Positions 56,900-64,000 of a stretch of DNA of 64,000 nucleotides are shown here, one piece after another. The notes under the pieces are model-generated. The model saw only the letters and a list, made by a program, of their open reading frames with translations, was not told where the DNA came from and did no database searches. This stretch comes from Eukaryota sp. TZLM1-RC (Eukaryota > Protista > Metamonada: BaSk clade). Both the position numbers and the translations under genes were made by a program. Each line of letters begins with the position of its first letter. Position 1 is the first letter of the stretch. The stretch spans positions 434,001 through 498,000 of the forward strand of contig JAUPSS010000004.1 in the NCBI GenBank assembly GCA_040285825.1, given 5' to 3'.

Positions 56900-59800
56900 A
56901 TGCATCTCCATACTAACCCAACAGTAATTACTGTGGCCCATAAGAGTAATCCAAGCCTGGTCGCTCCAATCCTACGCAATGCTGACCGCACTTCCTGTGC
57001 TCGCTTTGCCAAAGAATTGCGTGACTTCGCTATCCGTATGTTCCTGTCCCGCCCCGTCTCTTCAACTAATGTTCAGCTTTCCCGACGTAGCTTTCGTTCC
57101 TCTCGCCGCTCTACTCGCCGCGAAGAACCCGTCGAAGTAGCTCTGCCCGACGAAGAATCCAATCCCGTCGAAGAAAACCCTGAAGAAGAAGTAAACCCTG
57201 AAGACGTCCAATACAATCTCTACGATTCTATTGATGAAGCCCCCGAACCGGAATCTCTTGACTTGTTCTCCGAAGATGATGAGAACCCAGAAAACCTGTA
57301 TGAGCTTGTGGATGCTCATAACCCTGTTGCTGACGCTGAAGCCCTGATGTTACAATACATCCCTAGATGTATCGCCCCTGAAGTTCTCGATACATTCCTA
57401 ATAATCCACCAGATTTCCCCTAGAAAACCCAAGAAGATTCTTAAATATATCCTGTCCTGTACCAAGATAGAGGATACAGCCCAAGCCTACAAGCTGTATG
57501 ACCGTGTAACCCTGAACTTAAACTGCCGAGATGCTGAAGAGGCCATTTCGAAGTATACCCGTGACTTTATGAGAGTAACCCGGTAGACCCCTACTCTGCA
57601 GAGCAATAGCCAAGCTCTTACCCGTAAATTCCTGAATGGAATCCGTCCTGAACCTTTGAGAAGGTTATTGAAGTCTGAAGCAGAAGACTTCCTTATCTCC
57701 TCTATCCCCGAAATCCTAAAGCGTTTAACCGATCTCTTGGCTGAATATCATAGACCTTATTCCAAACATTACCAGCTATTTGAAGATAGACTAGCTAACA
57801 AGTATTCTGGAAATCCTAATCGAAGAAGGAATAACCAAAGGTCCCGAAGAACTCCTATTAGGAGGTATGTAACTCCGAACCAAGAACCACGAAGCACTGG
57901 AAGTAATGCTTCCCGATCTACTCAACCGCAAGCCCGTACTGATCATTCTAGCAAATTTCCCCTTTCTGAGACCATTTGTAACTATTGCAAGAAACCCGGA
58001 CATGTAGTCCGCGATTGCCCTGACCCAAACTGCAAATTGAGCCAAGTTAACAAGAAGAAACCTTATAAGAATCCAAAGAACCCTACTCACTTTAGAACTC
58101 ATTCTACCCGTAATAAGACTCAATCGAATTCTATTGTCGAATCCATTAAGGAAGGATTGAAAGAAGACTACTCGATCGACGAAACTTATTATTTTTGTAC
58201 TGTAACCCACTCCAGCTCATCTGACACTGAAGATTTAGCTTATAGCGTATCATTAAACCCTCTTTCAATAAACTCTGATAGCTACGCTGAAGACACTTCA
58301 ACCTCTCCTAGCCTTAATACCTTTCTCTCCGACTCCAACTGCTATGATCTGGACGATGTGTTTGAAAATCTAGATTTTATCCTCCCTGGCCGAGATTTCC
58401 CCTCATTTGAAGACTCAACGTATGTTGAACCTAACAAACCACAGGTTGCCAAGCAGAAGACACCCTCTTTTCCTGCTCGTTGTGCTAGAAACAAAGTACT
58501 GAAATCTACTCGGGCAGCCGCGATGCAGGACGAAAGGGTGAGCTCCTGTGAAGCTTCTGTCGTTAAAAAGGTAACTGATTCTTCACTAACTTCCAGTGAT
58601 TCTTTAGAGACTGATTTGCCTCAGATACATGACCAGAGGAAAGCCCTGAGGGATAACATCCATGATTTCTCGTTGGAGAGAGCAAGTTCTCACCTCGATT
58701 CTGATATGGCCCTCCTGGACGCTGACTGTGCACAACGACCTGGTCCATCTGATAAAAACTCATCTCTCGAAGAATCTTCTGAAAGTTCTATAACTGAATC
58801 TGCAAATACGTTAGTCGCAGCTAAAATCTCCGCCTCTGCTCCTGCCTGTCTAATAATCCCTGATAAGTCTAAGATCTCTTTCAGGCTGAAAGAACTGAAT
58901 CAACCTATGGACAAAAACTTGTTACACCTGAAGATATTTACCAAACCTGATCACTTTCTGTATGGTATGGTTGACACTGGAGCAACCGTATCCTGTATTT
59001 CCGAAGAACTCGCTGAAGTAGCCAAGCTCCACATTGAGAACCAAACCACCTCTTTAAGTTTAGCGGATGGAAAGCTAATTGATGTTAAGCTAGCCAAAGG
59101 AAGATTTGCCTTCATGTTAGGAGGAACCGCTAAACTAACCTATGTAACCTTGAGACTCTGTCTATTACCCTGTCCCAACAACTTTATTCTCGGTTGTGAC
59201 GCCCTGAAAAGCCTTGGTTTATTCACTGAAGATTTTCTGATTATTAATCTTTCAACCCACAACTTACAGATTCAAGAAGATGAATCTATTCCTGACTGTT
59301 TCCTACCTGATTCCCAGAACGTTTGCTCTCACGATGACCTATCTGATACCTCGACTGCCCCTGAATTCGTCCAAGCTTTAAGTGACGAACTATTAAAGAA
59401 GTTACCTGACATTGAGAAAACCAGCTTCAATCTCAATGATACTGCCCTGTCCGTAGAAGTTAAGAAACTACTGCTTAAGTTCCCTGATATTTTTGCTAAA
59501 CTACCCGCTCCTGAAGGAATAAAATGTGAACCAATGAAGTTAGAATTCTATGATGAATCCTCAATCGTTAGTAAGAAAGCAAGATTCTTACCACCAGACA
59601 AGCTAAAGATTGCTAATGAAGAAATTGATACCCTACTGAAGAACGGCGTTGCTGTCCCATATGATGGTTCATTCGCCTCACCAATCCATCTTGTTTGTGC
59701 CCCTGGCAAGGCACCACGATTAACAGGAGATTATTCAGGACACAAAGGTATTAACGATCTAACCATCCCTGTCCCTGCTGACTTACCAAGAATTACAGAT

Positions 59801-62662
59801 GTCTGTGCCTTCCTGTCTTCCGCCACCTATGTCGCAACTCTAGATCTCCCCAAAGCCTTCTGGCAATTGAATCTACGACCAGAGGATCAACCCAAGACTG
59901 CCATCGTTATACCTGGAAGGAAGGTAATGTTTACCCGTGCCGCTTTCGGTTTAAAGAATGTACCAGCCATCTTCCAAAACTTAATGAGAAAAATATTCGA
60001 TTGTGACGAAGTTTTTATCTATCTCGACGATATAATCGTAGCTGCTGAAAACAAAACAGATTTCTTGAACCGCCTAGAGTATATATTTATGAGAGCCCGA
60101 GACTACTGTGTCCGAATTGGCCTTCACAAGTGCGCCTTTCAGACCAAAGACTACCCAATTCGTGTATTAGGAACTATTTTCGAGAAAGGAACTCGAAGAA
60201 TCTGCCCCTCTAGAATAGTAAAGCTGAATAAAATTCCAATCCCAACTTCCGTCCCAGAACTACGATCTTTTGTAGGTGCAATCAACTTCGTTCGAGATTG
60301 GTTACCCGCAGTAAGCACTGAACTCGCCCCGCTCACTGAACTGCTGAAAGGATCTCCCCGCAAGATACTCTTGAACCAACAACAGATTGAATGCTTTCAG
60401 AATATTAAGAAGTTGATATCAAATAGCGTGCCACTAGAGCTTCCCGATGATACTTCTCAAATATTAGTCTCTACTGATGCTTCAGAGAAAGGCATCGCCG
60501 GCATTATCTGGAAAGAACTTTCCCCTTCCGAACCTGGAACCTGTCTTTCAGAAAGAAATTTAGCCCCTCTATCTTTTTATTCCAGGATTCTCACCCCTTC
60601 CCAGCAACGATGGTCTACTTTACAGAAGGAATTATTCGCCATCGTAATGACCTTGAACCAGCCAAACCTGTCGTCTTTCTTGCAAACTAAGCACCTCACT
60701 TTGTTTTGCGATCACAAAAATTTGTCCTACCTATTCTCTTGCCCTGACTCCAACCGTGTAGTTCTCCGCTGGATCCCTGTATTGCAGTCCTTCTCATTTG
60801 ATTGTGTACACGTAAACGGACCAAATAATCATTGGGCTGATTATTTATCGCGGTCACTCCCTAAGAAAGAAGAAAAACCTGAAAAGAAGAAAACGAAGAC
60901 CAGAAGTGCTAAAGCAAGTGCGAAGGTAAACTCCTTGATCTCTATCGAAGACGGGAAGACCCCCTTCTACCAAGTTACCAGTTATGATCCTGAAGAACAC
61001 TACAGAGGACTCCCGGCTAGATTACGAACTGCTTCCTACCTAGAGGTGGCTTCATATTATAACCCAGATTGTCGCTCCTTACCTTGTCCATGTCAAGCCG
61101 GACATGGTTTCCACTATTGCCCTGGCGAGGTACGTTTCTGTGAAGTTGTTAACGATAAATATTATACTGAAGTAGGAAACCGTAACCCTGACACCATGCT
61201 TACCCATATCAAGGAACCAGTATCACCAATCATAGTCAATATCAATGTTTCACAAGCCGTTATCCCCATTGTCCCGATCCCTCTTATCTGTTATGACGCT
61301 AAGACCCTTCTATACCCTCCAAACTTGATCTTCCCCTTTTCTCCAATCGGAACCTATTTCAACTTCCATGCCATTGACACTCCACCTTCATGGTATTCCC
61401 TTAATCGTCGCGACGCCAGAAGACTCTTGACTGCTACCGCCCGTCGTTCCGAATCAGACCCATTCGCCATTCTTAACTCCCTGGAACATTTTTCTTCACT
61501 CGATCGTAGGGACATCGATAACATTCAAAATGGATCCTCTCCTTATCATTTTATTCTCTCTACTGACATATGCTTTATTTATCAACATGTGTTTCCTCTT
61601 TCCAAGTCAAAAGATCCTTACGCCTCTGTCGCTCATATGCACCCTGATACCCCAATTCATCCAAAGATCCATAATCGTTCTATTCCGATAGCCGATATCA
61701 TCCAACATGGAAACTGGAATAACCGCCTTTATTTTTATGACCCAACTCTCCCTGCTCGCTCTTATCTCCCTGAAGTGATTCCGCCTAATGCTTTCTTCAT
61801 AAAACTTAATTGCTTCCCTGCCTGTGTAACCTTAGGACAGTTAATTAACAATATCGACCCCCTGCATCTAGCTCCCCTGCCACTCGAGATGATTCCCTAT
61901 ACTCCTGATCACGCCTCCGATATCTCCTTTAACCTAGAAACCTTATTTGTTAATGACGATTTATATAAACTCACCGAGAATGATATCCTGACATTACCTA
62001 TTAACGAATTCTTAAGATTTGGAATCTTGAATCCCAGCCAACGAAGTTCAATTCCTCTCTCTAGGTATAGCCTCCAATTCTACGACGAAATCTACGAAGA
62101 AGTCTTGTATTCTCCTTTCCTCAGCTCCCGATCCTGGTGCGACGCCGATATAGAACATGAACTAGAAATGCAAGATTTGATAGGAGATGAAAACGCCGGA
62201 TCATCCATCCCCTGTTATATCCCTCCTCCTATTTTTGGTGCCGCCGTTAACTCTCACCGACTGCTACAGCTTCATAACTTTTCCTCCGAGTTCATTCCCG
62301 ACTATCTAATGTACCCTTTATTTGTTTACATCTATCATTATTGTGATGATGGTAATGCGTGCCCCCATCCCGTGGTGACTTACCAATATTCTTACAAAGA
62401 AGTGGAAAATAGTTCTATTCCAAAACAACTACTTACTCCCGTCCCTCGAAATTTTTACCTTTCTTCGAAACTCAACTCATGCAATACCTGCCCACACGTA
62501 GATAGTATTCTCAGATCCTTGCTAGACGAACTCTCGTTAGCTAATTACATACGAACAACCAAGCCTTTAGACACCATACCCTATAACTTTAAGATCGCTT
62601 TCTATGATAAAGAACTCCAAGCCGTAGTCCTCTTCCAGACAGCTCCCCGACGGAACTTATAG
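56900..62662 (+). CDS. gag-pol: Gag-Pol polyprotein (in-frame TAG at 57584-57586) with knuckle, protease, RT, RNase H and a large unknown domain
   Basis: ORFs 56900 and 57656 share a frame; CNYCKKPGHVVRDC, VDTGAT, LDLPKAFWQ, YLDD, TDAS, CDHKNL, WADYLSR. Confidence 0.92.
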
Positions 62663-64000
62663 TAAAGAAATGCACTCCCTCATTCCATTCCCAGACCCTG
62701 ACCAGTCCATTGAACCAGTTTGCTCTATTGTCAATGTGACCACGAGATCTCAAGTTCCCCAAGAAGAAACTGAAGAAGACACTCAAGAAGTTGACCCTGA
62801 ACCCAACACGCCTGAAACAACTTCATCAGACTTCATCGACCAGAACTCTGCCCACTCTCCAGCCGAAGCCTTCTTAAGAAAGATATTTAATGAACAAAAG
62901 AAGTTGTTAGATGATGACGAACTTTTCTCCAACTGTGTAATTGACGAAAAGACTGGCTTAAAACTAACTCCAGATAAGAAGATAATCATTCCCCCTTTGA
63001 TGATCCCTGAAATACTAAACCACGTTCACGGCTCTACTGAAGCAGGACACCCAGCCTTGATGAACGCATGGAAGTCGTTAAGAAATTCTGACTTTTTCTG
63101 GCCTTTCATCAAACGAGACTTAGAACAACATGTCCGTCAATGTATTCCATGTCAAAAGAATTCAACTGTACCCAAAACCCAAATCTCCTCTTCCGGCTCA
63201 CTGACTCAATCCCGTAGACCCTTCGAGTATCTCCATTGTGATACGATAGGTCCTATCTCTACTGACTCTCGCAAGAACAAATATGTTCTACATTTCGTAG
63301 ATGCTTTTTCTAAATTCAGTATCTTATGTCCTGTACCAGACATCAAATCCATCACTGTAGCTGATGCCATCCTCTCTAACGTATACGCAACCTTCGGTGC
63401 TCCCAGAGCAATTCATTCTGATAACGGAACTGAATTTTGCAATGCCGTTTTTGACTCTCTTTGTAAGTTGCTCAATATCACCCACTCTACGTCCATTCCG
63501 CATTTTCACCAGTCGAATGGTTTAGTTGAACGCCAACATCGTATCATCCTACAGAACCTCAGGAAGGTACTTTTAGACTTTGTCGATTATGACAATTGGT
63601 CAGACTACCTTCCATTTTGCCAGATAATCGCCAACAGTACTTTCAGAAAATCCCTTAATGCCTCTCCCTACGAACTCATCTTTGGCTCTGATACCTCTCC
63701 CCGACTGCTTCCTGTCGAAGTAACGAAATCGTTAGAGTTAAGACCCGATCAGCCTGATGTCCCAAACTATATGTCTTCCCTGTCCAAACTTTCCCTAACT
63801 ATCAAGGAAAAGTGGAATTCTGTCGCAAACAACACTCCTCCCTCTGACATTTTACCTGAACCTAAGTTCAAGCCTCAACCTGGCTCTCGAGTCTTTGTCC
63901 TCCGAGAACACCCTAACAAGCTCCATGGTCATTTCGCTGGACCTTATATTGTTAAAAAGATAATTTCCCGTAGTTCCCTCATGGTAGAAAACCCAATAAC
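62640..64000 (+). CDS. pol: Integrase (frameshifted continuation, open to the window end; absent from the ORF track)
   Basis: Manual translation VNVTTRSQ..HVHGSTEAGHP..CIPCQK..HCDTIGP..HSDNGTEF..NGLVERQH..GPY. Confidence 0.92.

Larger units (their letters stand above)
56752..64000 (+). mobile_element. Second Ty3/Gypsy family element, truncated by the window end; 5' LTR inferred at 56752-56923
   Basis: TGTTGG..CCAACA termini; gag-PR-RT-RH-(insert)-IN; only one LTR in the window; predicted TSD TCAT. Confidence 0.92.

Noticed and set aside
56931-56946. tRNA-Ile-like PBS (TGTGGCCCATA)
   Set aside because: It lies 8-10 nt from the LTR end, is imperfect and is not shared with the element at 49646. 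It cannot be fully excluded without the host tRNA set.
57584-57586. Programmed stop-codon readthrough or alternative genetic code
   Set aside because: The TAG lies within the capsid region before the knuckle, not at a gag-pol junction. It is probably CAG>TAG. Host genes in the window end in TAA, TAG and TGA normally.
1-64000. CRISPR arrays, rRNA genes, prokaryotic operons or defence systems
   Set aside because: No repeat-spacer arrays or rRNA-like sequence seen; content is eukaryotic (eIF3j, NOC2, spliceosomal intron)

Overview
Eukaryotic, AT-rich, nearly intron-less DNA; a protist genome, possibly an anaerobic metamonad-like lineage (inferred from one 28-nt intron with the branch point fused to the 3' splice site). 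Seven apparently intact host genes are scattered in dense mobile DNA: an RCC1+LRR protein, a CAMKK-like kinase fused to a degenerate histidine-kinase ATPase domain, a bacterial-type CNNM/DUF21-CBS transporter, a zeta/beta-like carbonic anhydrase, NOC2, eIF3j and a UPF0488/C8orf33 protein. The mobile DNA comprises a young full-length chromodomain-bearing Ty3/Gypsy element (42408-49809), a second Ty3/Gypsy family running off the right edge (from 56752), an old Ty3 remnant, two ~1.1-kb Gag-only LTR elements, about 17 fragments of RLE-type (CRE-like) non-LTR retrotransposons, two nested hAT fragments, a DD34E Tc1/IS630 fragment and a ~1.6-kb inverted repeat. Best candidate for an undescribed system: none of the four visible 5'-LTR junctions has a tRNA-type PBS abutting the LTR. 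Each has a self-complementary CA-N8-TG palindrome in the same register with different cores (three perfect, one with a single mismatch), suggesting tRNA-independent, dimer-mediated self-priming. One family also carries a ~600-aa unknown domain between RNase H and integrase. All family assignments come from motif recognition by eye; no searches were run.
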